From Myxococcales bacterium (lineage in GTDB: Bacteria > Myxococcota_A > Polyangia > Fen-1088): a stretch of DNA of 64,000 nt. Both the position numbers and the translations under genes were made by a program. The notes beneath the pieces are model-generated. The model did no database searches. It was not told where the DNA came from and worked only from the letters and a program-made list of their open reading frames with translations. Shown in pieces: positions 38,457-47,208 of the stretch. How positions within the stretch are numbered: position 1 is the stretch's first letter; each line of letters opens with the position of its first letter. The DNA lies in assembly GCA_031423255.1 (NCBI GenBank), contig JANPFD010000253.1, positions 14,941 to 78,940 of the forward strand, written 5' to 3'.

Positions 38457-39716
38457 ATGCGGCGTGCCGTCGTCTCCTTGGCCTTGGGCGCCTTGGCCCC
38501 CCTGGTGCTCGGGTGCGAGACGCAGGGCCCGATGCCGGTGCTGAGCGGGATCTCGCCCGAGACGGCTTACACGGACCGCGAGGTCCGCCTGATCCTGCGC
38601 GGGGACGGCCTGGTGCCGAGCTACGAGCTGGATACCCTCTCGGGGCAGCGGCGCGCCCACGCCCTGGGTTTCTCGGGCCGGGTCGGCCTTAGCGGCCCTT
38701 CGGTGGCACTGACCAACATCAACTGGCGCAGCCCGGGCGAACTGTCGGCGTCGGTGCCGGCGGGACTGCCCCCGGGTGCGCACCAGATCGAGGTGACCGA
38801 CCCGCGCGGACGCACGACCATCCTGTCGCCCGGGTTCGTGGCGCTGGGACCTGACGCCGAGGCGCCGACCGTGCGTTTCGACGCGCCCCCTCCCGAGTCG
38901 CTGATCGGCCCGGGCGTGGCGATCGAGGGCTGGCTGCTTGCCGAGGATCGAACACCGGGGTCGCTGACCTCCGTCGAGTGGGAGGCACGCCTCGGCGCAA
39001 TGCGCTTCGCGGGCGGCTCCTGCCCTGTCGAACCGGCGAGCACGCGCGCCGACTGCCCGTTCAAGTTGACGGTCCCCGATCACGCCACCGCCGGCGGCAC
39101 GTTGGAACTCGTCGGCGTGGCGCTGGACGGCGCCTCCCGGCCCAACCGCAGCGAGATCCGTGCGGTGTTCCGGCTGCTGCCACGACCCACCGCCACCACG
39201 ATGGTCCCGAGTCACGGAGGCTCCGCCGGCGGCACCGACATCGTCATCAGGGGCTCCGGGTTCGTGCCTGGCACGCAGGTGATGGTCGGCAACCGGCCAC
39301 TGGTCCCGAATGGCGGGATCCTCGTCGACGAGCGCACCATCAGCGGGCGCGTTCCCGCGCATGCTCCCGGCCCGGCGATGGTGGTCGTCCGCACCCCGAT
39401 AGGCGAGACGCCGCTGCCGTCCTTCTTCACCTATATTCTCGCGCCGCTGATCGAGGCCATCGCACCCGAGGTCGGCGACAGCGACGGCGGCACCGCGGTG
39501 CGGGTACGTGGCCGCGGCTTCACGCCGACCACGCGAATCTACTTCGGCGCCACCCTGACCGGCGCCGGCGCCTTGCAAAACGCAACCTTCGTCGACGGCA
39601 GCGAGCTGAGGGGGACGGCGCCGCCCGGGCGAGGGGCGGCCTCGGTGTGGGCGGTCGATCCCGAGCTCGGATGGACGCGGCTGGTCGACGGCTTCTCCTG
39701 GATGGACACCCCTTGA
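38457..39716 (+). CDS. IPT/TIG-repeat lipoprotein
   Basis: Lipobox LAPLVLGCE. Repeated IPT-like units: PVLSGISPETAY..VRLILRG, TTMVPSHGGSAGGTDIVIRGSGF, PLIEAIAPEVGDSDGGTAVRVRGRGF. Confidence 0.75.
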   Translation: MRRAVVSLALGALAPLVLGCETQGPMPVLSGISPETAYTDREVRLILRGDGLVPSYELDTLSGQRRAHALGFSGRVGLSGPSVALTNINWRSPGELSASVPAGLPPGAHQIEVTDPRGRTTILSPGFVALGPDAEAPTVRFDAPPPESLIGPGVAIEGWLLAEDRTPGSLTSVEWEARLGAMRFAGGSCPVEPASTRADCPFKLTVPDHATAGGTLELVGVALDGASRPNRSEIRAVFRLLPRPTATTMVPSHGGSAGGTDIVIRGSGFVPGTQVMVGNRPLVPNGGILVDERTISGRVPAHAPGPAMVVVRTPIGETPLPSFFTYILAPLIEAIAPEVGDSDGGTAVRVRGRGFTPTTRIYFGATLTGAGALQNATFVDGSELRGTAPPGRGAASVWAVDPELGWTRLVDGFSWMDTP

Positions 39717-41620
39717 AGCTCCTCCCGAAGTTCGCGCTTCTCGCGATCGGCGTTGCCGCCGTCCCACTGGCCATCGCCGGCTACTCGTCGAGCCGCATCA
39801 GCCAGGCCGCGCTACGCGAGGCACTCGAGGAGAACGAGCTGATGAACGCCCGCCAGGTGGCAGAGTTCGTCTCCAGCCAGCTCAGCAACCTGCACGCGAC
39901 GCTGGGCGTGGAGGCTCGCGTGCTGAACCTGACGCCCGCGCGGACCGCCTTGCCCGGCTCGGAGACGCTGCAGAAGTTCCTGCAGCTCGTCTACCACCAG
40001 AGCGACGATTTTTCCGCGGTTTCCCTGGTAGACGAGGAGGGACGTCCCGTGGCGACGCCCGCCTACCAGGACAACCCGCGCCCGAACAGCGCCTTCGGCA
40101 ACCACGAGGCCATGCGCACCGAAGACGTGGCGCAGCTGGCGCGCCTGACGCCGATCGCGGACGTGCTGCGCGACGGAGCCGGCATCGGACCGATCTTCCT
40201 GGCCGGCCCGGCGCAGCGGCCGCACATCCTGCTGGCGGTGAAGTACGCGCCCCGCCCCGACGATCCGCCCCGGATCATCGCCGCCGCCATCTCGCTGCGG
40301 CGGATCTCGGACTACCTGGCCACGGTCGCCACCGCTGATCGCGACATCCTCCTCCTCGACAGGGGCAACCGGATCGTGGCGTCAGGACGCGAGGTGACGC
40401 CTCCGACGCTGGCGCTCAAGCGGCTGCCTGTCGGCAACGGCGCCACGCTGCCCAGCAAGGAGTTCCGGGCCGAGTACGACGCTGGCGGACGCCGGGTGCT
40501 GGGCGCATACAGCCCGGCGCTGCCGTTCATGCTGGGCGTGGTGGTCGAGCGCCGGCTGTCCGTCGCGCTGGCGCCGGTGCGGCGGCTCGGCTGGGCCACG
40601 GTCTACTGGATGAGCGTCTCCGGCCTGGTGGCAGCCGTCGTGGGTGCGGCACTGGCGCGCACGCTGGCCGAACGCGTGGCCATGCTGGCCGACGGATCGA
40701 GGAAGATCGCGCAGGGCAAGCTGGACACCCGCCTCGACGTGATCTCCAGCGACGAGCTCGGCGATCTCGCGCGCACCTTCAACGCCATGGCCACCTCGCT
40801 GGCCTCGGCGCGCACCGAGATCCTCCGCCAGAACGAGGAGATCGTGGCCTGGAACGAGTCCCTGGAGAAGCGCGTCGAGGTCAAGACCAATGAGCTGCGC
40901 GACGCCCAGGATCTGCTGCTGCGCTCGCGGTCGCTGGCGGCCATCGGCTCGCTGGGCGCCGGGGTGGCGCACGAGATCAACAACCCGCTCACCGGCGTCC
41001 TGGGGCTGTCGCAGCTGCTGCTGACCGACCTGCCCGTCACCCACCCGGCGCGCCCGCTGGTCCAGGACATCGAGGACCAGGCGGTGCGTATCCAGGCGAT
41101 CGTCGCCAACCTGCTGCGCCTGGCGCAGCGGCAGTCGGGCGAGGACTTCCGGCCGGTCGATCTGGCCAAGGTGATCGACGACGCGCTCGATCTGTGCAGC
41201 CCGACGGCATTGGCGGATGCGGGCATCCGGGTCGTCAAGACGCTGGTCGCGCCCTGCCCGCAGGTCCGGGGGAGCCCGGTCCAGTTGCAGGCGGCGTTGA
41301 TCCACCTGATCCAGAACGCCAAGGGCGCGATGGATCATGGCGGCCTTCTGACCATCGAGACCTCGATCTCCGACCAGAAGCTGGTTCGTCTTCGCCTGAG
41401 CGACACCGGCCGCGGCATCAAGGCCGACCACCTCCCGCGCATCTTCGACCCGTTCTTCACCACCAAGACCCGCCGCACCGACACCGGGATCGGACTGTCG
41501 GTGGTCCACAAGATCATCGAGGACCATGGCGGCACCATCCGCGTCGAGAGCGACGTCGGTCAGGGCACCACCTTCCACATCACCCTGCCCGTCGACACGG
41601 GAGCGAGCCACCTGGCATGA
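39713..41620 (+). CDS. Sensor histidine kinase (periplasmic sensor domain, HAMP, HisKA, HATPase_c)
   Basis: TM1 FALLAIGVAAVPLAIAGY, an extracytoplasmic domain of about 270 aa, TM2, HAMP (DELGDLARTFNAM), a coiled coil, H-box GAGVAHEINNPL, and the G-boxes DTGRGI and GIGLSVV. The start is TTG 39713 (TTGA overlap) or ATG 39671. Confidence 0.9.
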   Translation: MKLLPKFALLAIGVAAVPLAIAGYSSSRISQAALREALEENELMNARQVAEFVSSQLSNLHATLGVEARVLNLTPARTALPGSETLQKFLQLVYHQSDDFSAVSLVDEEGRPVATPAYQDNPRPNSAFGNHEAMRTEDVAQLARLTPIADVLRDGAGIGPIFLAGPAQRPHILLAVKYAPRPDDPPRIIAAAISLRRISDYLATVATADRDILLLDRGNRIVASGREVTPPTLALKRLPVGNGATLPSKEFRAEYDAGGRRVLGAYSPALPFMLGVVVERRLSVALAPVRRLGWATVYWMSVSGLVAAVVGAALARTLAERVAMLADGSRKIAQGKLDTRLDVISSDELGDLARTFNAMATSLASARTEILRQNEEIVAWNESLEKRVEVKTNELRDAQDLLLRSRSLAAIGSLGAGVAHEINNPLTGVLGLSQLLLTDLPVTHPARPLVQDIEDQAVRIQAIVANLLRLAQRQSGEDFRPVDLAKVIDDALDLCSPTALADAGIRVVKTLVAPCPQVRGSPVQLQAALIHLIQNAKGAMDHGGLLTIETSISDQKLVRLRLSDTGRGIKADHLPRIFDPFFTTKTRRTDTGIGLSVVHKIIEDHGGTIRVESDVGQGTTFHITLPVDTGASHLA

Positions 41621-42522
41621 AGACACGGCCGATGGTGGTGGGCGGGCTGGTCGTCGCCACGCTGGTCGGCGCGACCCTGGTGTCACGGCAGTTCTTCGAG
41701 GGACCTGCGCGCGACAATGCCGCCCCGCCGATCCCCACGGCCAGCGCCGGGCCGACGCCGTTCCGCGTGAGCGCGCTCGAGGGCACGGTCGAGGCGTTGC
41801 ACGACGGTCAGTGGTACGCCGTGCAGGCCGGCGACCTGCTCTCGCTGCGGGACGTGATCCGCACGTCCAAGGGCGCCAAGGCCGTTCTTCGCCGCGGCAG
41901 CAGCGAGATCGAGTTGCGCGAGAACGTGGACATCCGTCTCGACGATCTCGCCGCCTCGACCGCGCGTTTCGGCCTGCTCCGCGGCGGCAACGTCGTCGCC
42001 AGCGTCGGGCGCGAGGACCAGCACCTGGAGATCACCGCCGCCGAGACGAGGTCGCGCAACCAGGGGACGGCACGCTGGATCGTCTCGGCGAACGCCCAGG
42101 GCCAGGTCAGCGTGGCCGCCTCCGAGGGCAAGGTAGCGTTCACCGCCAAGGGGAAGGAGGTCACCGTGCCCGCGGGCACCGAGAGCACGGCCGCTCCGGG
42201 GCAGCCGCCGGGCACGCCCACTCCGATCCCCGAGGAACTGCTGCTGTCGGTGGTCTGGCCCGACAAGCAGCACACCGACGGGCGCACGGAGGTCGCCGGC
42301 CAGGTCAGCCCTTCGTCCAAGGTAACGGTAAACGGCGCCGAGGTGCCGGTCGAGAACGACGGCCGCTTCTCGTCGACCCTGCCACTGGGCGTGGGGGCCA
42401 ACCGCGTCCAGGTGGAGGCGCTCGACATCAAGGGGCGGAAGAAGGCCGAGACACGCGTCCTGCAGCGGAACGCACCGTCGCCCACGCTGGTGCCGACCGG
42501 TGAAGAGATCTGGAAGAAATGA
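41617..42522 (+). CDS. FecR domain protein, membrane-anchored
   Basis: ATGA overlap with the kinase stop. TM VVGGLVVATLVGATLV. The FecR-like block is WYAVQAGDLLSLRDVIRTSKGAKAVLRRGSSEIELRENVDIRL. A C-terminal Ig-like region follows. Confidence 0.8.
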   Translation: MKTRPMVVGGLVVATLVGATLVSRQFFEGPARDNAAPPIPTASAGPTPFRVSALEGTVEALHDGQWYAVQAGDLLSLRDVIRTSKGAKAVLRRGSSEIELRENVDIRLDDLAASTARFGLLRGGNVVASVGREDQHLEITAAETRSRNQGTARWIVSANAQGQVSVAASEGKVAFTAKGKEVTVPAGTESTAAPGQPPGTPTPIPEELLLSVVWPDKQHTDGRTEVAGQVSPSSKVTVNGAEVPVENDGRFSSTLPLGVGANRVQVEALDIKGRKKAETRVLQRNAPSPTLVPTGEEIWKK

Positions 42523-44156
42523 GTGTGGTCCTCGTCGCCCTCGTCGCGGTGAACGCGCTGTCCGTGTCGGTGAGCGTCGACGGAAAACCGCCGGTGCTGG
42601 GCGTCGACGAAGAGGCCTTGGTGCGCATCACCGTCGTTGGTCCCGGGCCAGACATGGTCGATCCGCCGCGCGTCCTGGCCAGCGCCGGCACCTTCGCCGA
42701 GGTGACGCGCACGGGACCGCGCGCGTTCCTGGCCCGCTACCGGCTGCCCATGGCGCGCTTCCCGCAGGCAGCCATGCTGGTAGCCGAGATCGGCGCGGGC
42801 TCATCGCTCGTGCGAGGTTTCCTGGCATTGCCCCTGGCCGCCTCCGCCAGTCCGGCGTTTCACACCGACCCGGGCGCCCAGGTCACCATGCGTGTGGGCG
42901 ACAAACCGTTCGGGCCTCAGCGCGCGGATCGCGAGGGGAACGTCCGCGTCCCCGTCATCGTTCCCCCCGGCGTGCCGACGGCCACCGCGCGTTCGGTGAA
43001 CCGCTTCGGCAAGGCGACGGAGCAGACCGTCGACCTGAAGATCCCGTCCTTTCGCCACATGATGATCGCCGCTCCCCAGACGATGGCCGCCGGCGATACC
43101 GTCGAAGTCGCCGTCTACGGTGTCACCGCGTCCGGTGCGCTCGCCGAGAGCCGGAATCTGATGCTGCGCTCGAACGGCCCCAAGCCCCACCCGCTGGGCG
43201 GCGCAGCGGGTGAGGCCAGGTTCCTGGTGCGCGCGCCGTCGATCATCACCGCGCGCGCCCTCAAGCTCGAGGCCGGGCTGCGCGGTCAGGAAACGGAAGC
43301 AGCCTTCGAGGTGTCGCTGGTGCCTGCTGCTCCCGCGAGGATGGGCCTGGAGCCGGACCGTCGCCGCCTGGCGATCGGGGTCGGCTCGTCGATGCGGGTC
43401 TACCTCACGGCGGAGGACCGCTTTGGTAACCCGACCGACGCGCGCGCCGCCGCCGTGCGTGTCGACGGCCGCGACCTGGGGACCCGCACGGACGAGGACG
43501 GGCGGGTCATGGCCGTCGTCAATGCCCCCGACACCTACGACGGCCGCAGCCGTCTTCAGTTCGAGGCAGCGCTCGGCGGAGCGTATGCCGAGCAGACCAT
43601 CCCCCTGGCCAACCTGCCGCGGGCGCCGCGCATCGGCCCCGACGAACGTACGCTGTTCGCCATCACGCCACGGCTCGGCTTCGTCTGGAACCTGCGCCAG
43701 CCACCCGGACCGGCGGCGCTGATCGAGGTGGTGGGGCGGCATCCCCGCTGGCCGACCTGGCTTGGCACCGGGCTGGCCGTCGGCTTGCTGGCGACGGAGT
43801 TCGTGGCCCAGGATCCCGCGGGGGTCGCCCGCACCGAGGTGCGGCAGGTACCCGTCCTGGCGCTGGCACGCGTGCGCCGGCGGGTGATGCCGGGACTGGT
43901 GGTGGCCGCCGGCATCGAGCTTGGTGCAAGTTTCGCCAGCGCGCGGGTCCATTCCTTCGGGTCCGAAGTGGTCGGGCACGCCTGGGGCCCCGCGGTGGCG
44001 CTGGACGCCGAGGTCGCGGCAGCCGTCGGTCCCGGGCTGGCGGTCATCGGCGCGCGCTACGTCCACGTGCGCCTTGGGCGCTTGTCCAGCGGCGATCGGC
44101 TGCTGGGTAACAGCGCTGGTCTGATCGGCGACCTCGGCTACCGTCTCGCCTGGTAA
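42519..44156 (+). CDS. Outer-membrane protein: N-terminal Ig-like (invasin/Big-type) repeats plus a C-terminal beta-barrel
   Basis: ATGA overlap with the FecR gene. Signal-like VVLVALVAVNALSV. The last ~170 aa alternate hydrophobic residues. The protein ends in the aromatic beta-signal GDLGYRLAW. Confidence 0.65.
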   Translation: MSVVLVALVAVNALSVSVSVDGKPPVLGVDEEALVRITVVGPGPDMVDPPRVLASAGTFAEVTRTGPRAFLARYRLPMARFPQAAMLVAEIGAGSSLVRGFLALPLAASASPAFHTDPGAQVTMRVGDKPFGPQRADREGNVRVPVIVPPGVPTATARSVNRFGKATEQTVDLKIPSFRHMMIAAPQTMAAGDTVEVAVYGVTASGALAESRNLMLRSNGPKPHPLGGAAGEARFLVRAPSIITARALKLEAGLRGQETEAAFEVSLVPAAPARMGLEPDRRRLAIGVGSSMRVYLTAEDRFGNPTDARAAAVRVDGRDLGTRTDEDGRVMAVVNAPDTYDGRSRLQFEAALGGAYAEQTIPLANLPRAPRIGPDERTLFAITPRLGFVWNLRQPPGPAALIEVVGRHPRWPTWLGTGLAVGLLATEFVAQDPAGVARTEVRQVPVLALARVRRRVMPGLVVAAGIELGASFASARVHSFGSEVVGHAWGPAVALDAEVAAAVGPGLAVIGARYVHVRLGRLSSGDRLLGNSAGLIGDLGYRLAW

Positions 44157-44165
44157 GGTTCGCGC

Positions 44166-44936
44166 ATGAGCGAGGCGCCGCTCGAGGCTACCCTGCCCGT
44201 GGATCCGTCCACGCCGGTGGTGGTCAGCGTGCCCCACGCGGGTGTCGAGACGGCCGGGTACGATGCCCCTCTGGCGCCTGGCCTCGACCCGCACTGCGAC
44301 GCCGACCTGTTCGTCGACGAGTTGTATGGCCCCGCGGTACGCGGCGCCTTCATCCGCGCGCGCCTGTCGCGCTTCGTGTGCGATCTCAACCGCGATCCCA
44401 GCGACGACTCGGCCCGGGGGTTCGTCTGGCAGGTGACCACCACCGGGTCTCCGGCGCTCTCCCGGCCGCTGTCCGACGAGGAGTGGCAGTCACGCCGCGT
44501 CTTCCACGAACGCTATCACTCGGCGCTGGCGACCGCGCTGGGCCGCGCGCGCGACAAGTTCGGTTTCGCGCTGCTGGTGGACGGGCACTCGATGCCCTCG
44601 GTCGGCCGGCAGGGCCACACCGATCCCGGCCGGCCGCGCGCGGACTTCGTGCCGGGCGATCGCGATGGACGAAGTTGTAGCCCCGCACTCTCACGACTCG
44701 TCGGCGCGTATCTCGAGGCGCGTGGTTTCTCGGTGGCCTTCAACGACCCCTACCGCGGGGGCTACATCACCTCGCACCACGGCCGCCCCGCCGACGGCGT
44801 TCACGCCATCCAGATCGAGATGCGGCGCGACCTCTACATGGACGAGGCCAGCTTCACCCGCTTGCCCGCGAAGATGGCCGCCGTGACCGCGACCATCGCC
44901 GACCTGCTGAGGGCGCTCGACCGCTTCACCCCGTGA
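44166..44936 (+). CDS. N-formylglutamate amidohydrolase family protein
   Basis: VVSVPHAG, FVCDLNRD and LLVDGHSMPS are hallmark FGase blocks. Confidence 0.85.
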   Translation: MSEAPLEATLPVDPSTPVVVSVPHAGVETAGYDAPLAPGLDPHCDADLFVDELYGPAVRGAFIRARLSRFVCDLNRDPSDDSARGFVWQVTTTGSPALSRPLSDEEWQSRRVFHERYHSALATALGRARDKFGFALLVDGHSMPSVGRQGHTDPGRPRADFVPGDRDGRSCSPALSRLVGAYLEARGFSVAFNDPYRGGYITSHHGRPADGVHAIQIEMRRDLYMDEASFTRLPAKMAAVTATIADLLRALDRFTP

Positions 44937-44943
44937 TGGCGGT

Positions 44944-46335
44944 CTACCGCTTCGCGCCACGCATATGCAGCAGGCGCAGCTCGCGCTCCGCCTCGAACAG
45001 CGTCCTGTCGCACTTGACCGCTTCCTCGAACGCCTTGCGGGCGTGGACCAGGTCGTTCTTCAGCTTCAGCGACGCCCCGATGAAGTAGTGGCCCATCGCG
45101 AACTGCGGCTCGGCCTCGACCGCCTTGTTGAAGATCTTCAACGGTTCGCTGACGTCCTCGGCCGTCGGGGTGCCAGCCTTCCAGCACTTGGCCCAGGCGA
45201 GGCAGGCCTGGTAGCGCACCTTTCCGGGATAGGCCTGCACCAGCGCCTCGAACGCCTCCTCGGCGCGACGTAGGTCGTTGTCGTGCAACGCGGAGTCACC
45301 GGTGCGCTGGACCCGCTCGGGCTCGCGACGCGCCAGCTCCGCGAGGCTGGCGTCCGGGCGCCGAGGCAGCGGCCCCGCGGTGGACCCCTGAGTCGGCGCT
45401 GCCGGGGCGGGCGTGGTCGCCAGCCCCGCCGGCGCGGGCCGCATGCCCGTCGACGGTGAGGGGAAAAGTCCCGCCGGTGCAGGCCGCATGCCCGTCGACG
45501 GCGAGGGAAAAAGCCCCGCGGGGGCTGGCCGCAACCCCGTCGACGGCGCCGAGATCACCTCGCGGGCGGACGTCGGCACGATCGTCACGTGGCTGGTGGA
45601 TGGCAAGTGCACCGGTGCGGGCACGGGCGCCGACTCGGGTGGTGGCAGCGACACGCCGGTGATCTCCAGACTGCCCAGGTAGTGAAGCGCCAGCAGCAGC
45701 ACCTTGCGCTCATGGGCGCGCTCGCCCGTCGCGTGGCGAACGCCTGGGTCGTCGATGAGGACGCCCGGGCCACGCAGCAACGCCAGCAGCGCCGGATCGG
45801 TCTGCACCAGGCCCATGTCCGCGCTGCTGGTGAACCGCACCACCTTGCCCACCAGCGGCGACAGCTCGTCACCGAGCCGCCCCTCATCGTAGGTCGCCCG
45901 GATGGCCGGATGGACCAGGGCGCGCGCGTCGATCGGCATCCCGGGCGCGGCAGGGTTCGAGCCGAAGGGATGCTCTCCCACGACGAGATCGAATTGCCCT
46001 CCGCGCGCTCCGAACAGGCGGACGAGCTTGCGCTGCAATTGCAACCGCAACGCCTGCCGGAGCTTGTCCGGCTCGATCAGTCCCTGGTCGACGAGGATGG
46101 CGCCGAGCAGCCGATGCGTCAGCGCCCGCTCCTGCTCGGCGACCGTCACCGCTCCCTCCGGCAGAATGCGCGACTCGACCAGCACCCGGTCCAGCCGGTC
46201 GGCGGGGTCCGGCCGCTCGACATGGACCGGGTGACCCTGGCGGATGAAGACCGTGCTCCTGTGCCCGGCTTGATCGTCGACGACCAGGCAGCCAGTCAAA
46301 CGCCTCGCCGCAATGGCGACGAGCAGGCTCGCCAT
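44944..46335 (-). CDS. DUF4388-like N-terminal domain / Pro-rich repeat / C-terminal TPR protein
   Basis: Start ATG 46335 (MASLLVAIAARRLTGCLVV..TVFIRQGHPVHV). The central part has three 15-aa repeats (STG(L/M)RPAPAGLFPSP). C-terminal TPR-like helices (AEEAFEALVQAYPG.., GHYFIGASLKLKNDLVHARKAFEEAV). Confidence 0.7.
   Translation of the reverse strand: MASLLVAIAARRLTGCLVVDDQAGHRSTVFIRQGHPVHVERPDPADRLDRVLVESRILPEGAVTVAEQERALTHRLLGAILVDQGLIEPDKLRQALRLQLQRKLVRLFGARGGQFDLVVGEHPFGSNPAAPGMPIDARALVHPAIRATYDEGRLGDELSPLVGKVVRFTSSADMGLVQTDPALLALLRGPGVLIDDPGVRHATGERAHERKVLLLALHYLGSLEITGVSLPPPESAPVPAPVHLPSTSHVTIVPTSAREVISAPSTGLRPAPAGLFPSPSTGMRPAPAGLFPSPSTGMRPAPAGLATTPAPAAPTQGSTAGPLPRRPDASLAELARREPERVQRTGDSALHDNDLRRAEEAFEALVQAYPGKVRYQACLAWAKCWKAGTPTAEDVSEPLKIFNKAVEAEPQFAMGHYFIGASLKLKNDLVHARKAFEEAVKCDRTLFEAERELRLLHMRGAKR
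45425..45559. repeat. Three tandem 45-nt in-frame coding repeats
   Basis: Units at 45425-45469, 45470-45514 and 45515-45559. The first two are nearly identical and the third is diverged at its 3' half. Confidence 0.85.
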
Positions 46336-46427
46336 CGGCCGTTCTTCCAATCGTCCGGTTGCCCGGCCACCAGCCATTCGCGCGTGTCCACGATAGCACG
46401 GGAGCTACGGCTCGACTGTGTAGCCGG

Positions 46428-46457
46428 GCGACATACATCGCAACCTTCGGTTACAAT
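46428..46457 (+). promoter_or_regulatory. Candidate promoter GCGACA-N18-TACAAT placed for a leaderless transcript
   Basis: TACAAT at 46452-46457 ends 7 nt before ATG 46465. There is no Shine-Dalgarno sequence in between. Confidence 0.3.
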
Positions 46458-46464
46458 CGCCTCG

Positions 46465-47208
46465 ATGTCGGAAGAGGATCCTCGCGAACGACCGACGCGC
46501 GAGGTGCGCGTGCACCCGGGGTTGACTCCGCCTCCCGATGGGCCGGTGGCGCCCGGGCTCACCCCGGCACGCGGATTCGCGACGCCACCACCAGCGCCGA
46601 TGTCGCTTTACCACGCCTCCCAGCGGGAACCGGTGCTTCCGCCACCGGCCGCCGCGGCTCCGCTTTCCCCCCTCGACTTTCCCCCGAAACGCCGCCGCAT
46701 GGGGCCATTTGCGGTGATCTTCGTGGCCGGAATCGCGATCGGCGGCACGGTGGCGGCGGTGTTTGCGCTGCGATCACGGCAGCCGGTCCCGTCACCTTCG
46801 CCCGCGGTCGCCGAGAAGGCGGCTCCCCTTCCGCCGAAGGTCGAGCCGCTGCCGGTCCCCGAGCCGGCGGTCTTGGAACCCGAGCCCGAGCCCGTGGCCG
46901 CCAAGCCGGCCAAGGTGACGGAACTGGTTGTCAGCAAGCAAGGCAAGCAGAGCTGGGTCGAGATCCCCCTCGCCGGTTCCACCAAGGGCATGGCGAAATT
47001 CGCGCTGTCGAAGCCGCGCGGCCTGGCGGTCAAGCTGCCCCGAGGGCGCCCCACGTTGCGCGCTGGCGTCTACCAGCCTGGCGCCCCGTTCACGAGCATC
47101 AAGATCATTCGCAAGGGACAGGCCAGCCTGATCCAGTTCTACTACCGCGCAGGCGGCAAGCCGGCGGTGACGGTGAACGCGCAGACGCTGCGCTTCACTG
47201 TCCGGTAA
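46465..47208 (+). CDS. Single-TM protein with Pro-rich linkers and an AMIN-like C-terminal domain
   Basis: 247 aa forming the C-terminal part of track ORF 45589..47208. TM FAVIFVAGIAIGGTVAAVFAL. C-terminus SWVEIPLAGSTKGMAKFALSKPRGLAVKLP..IQFYY..TLRFTV. Confidence 0.6.
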   Translation: MSEEDPRERPTREVRVHPGLTPPPDGPVAPGLTPARGFATPPPAPMSLYHASQREPVLPPPAAAAPLSPLDFPPKRRRMGPFAVIFVAGIAIGGTVAAVFALRSRQPVPSPSPAVAEKAAPLPPKVEPLPVPEPAVLEPEPEPVAAKPAKVTELVVSKQGKQSWVEIPLAGSTKGMAKFALSKPRGLAVKLPRGRPTLRAGVYQPGAPFTSIKIIRKGQASLIQFYYRAGGKPAVTVNAQTLRFTVR

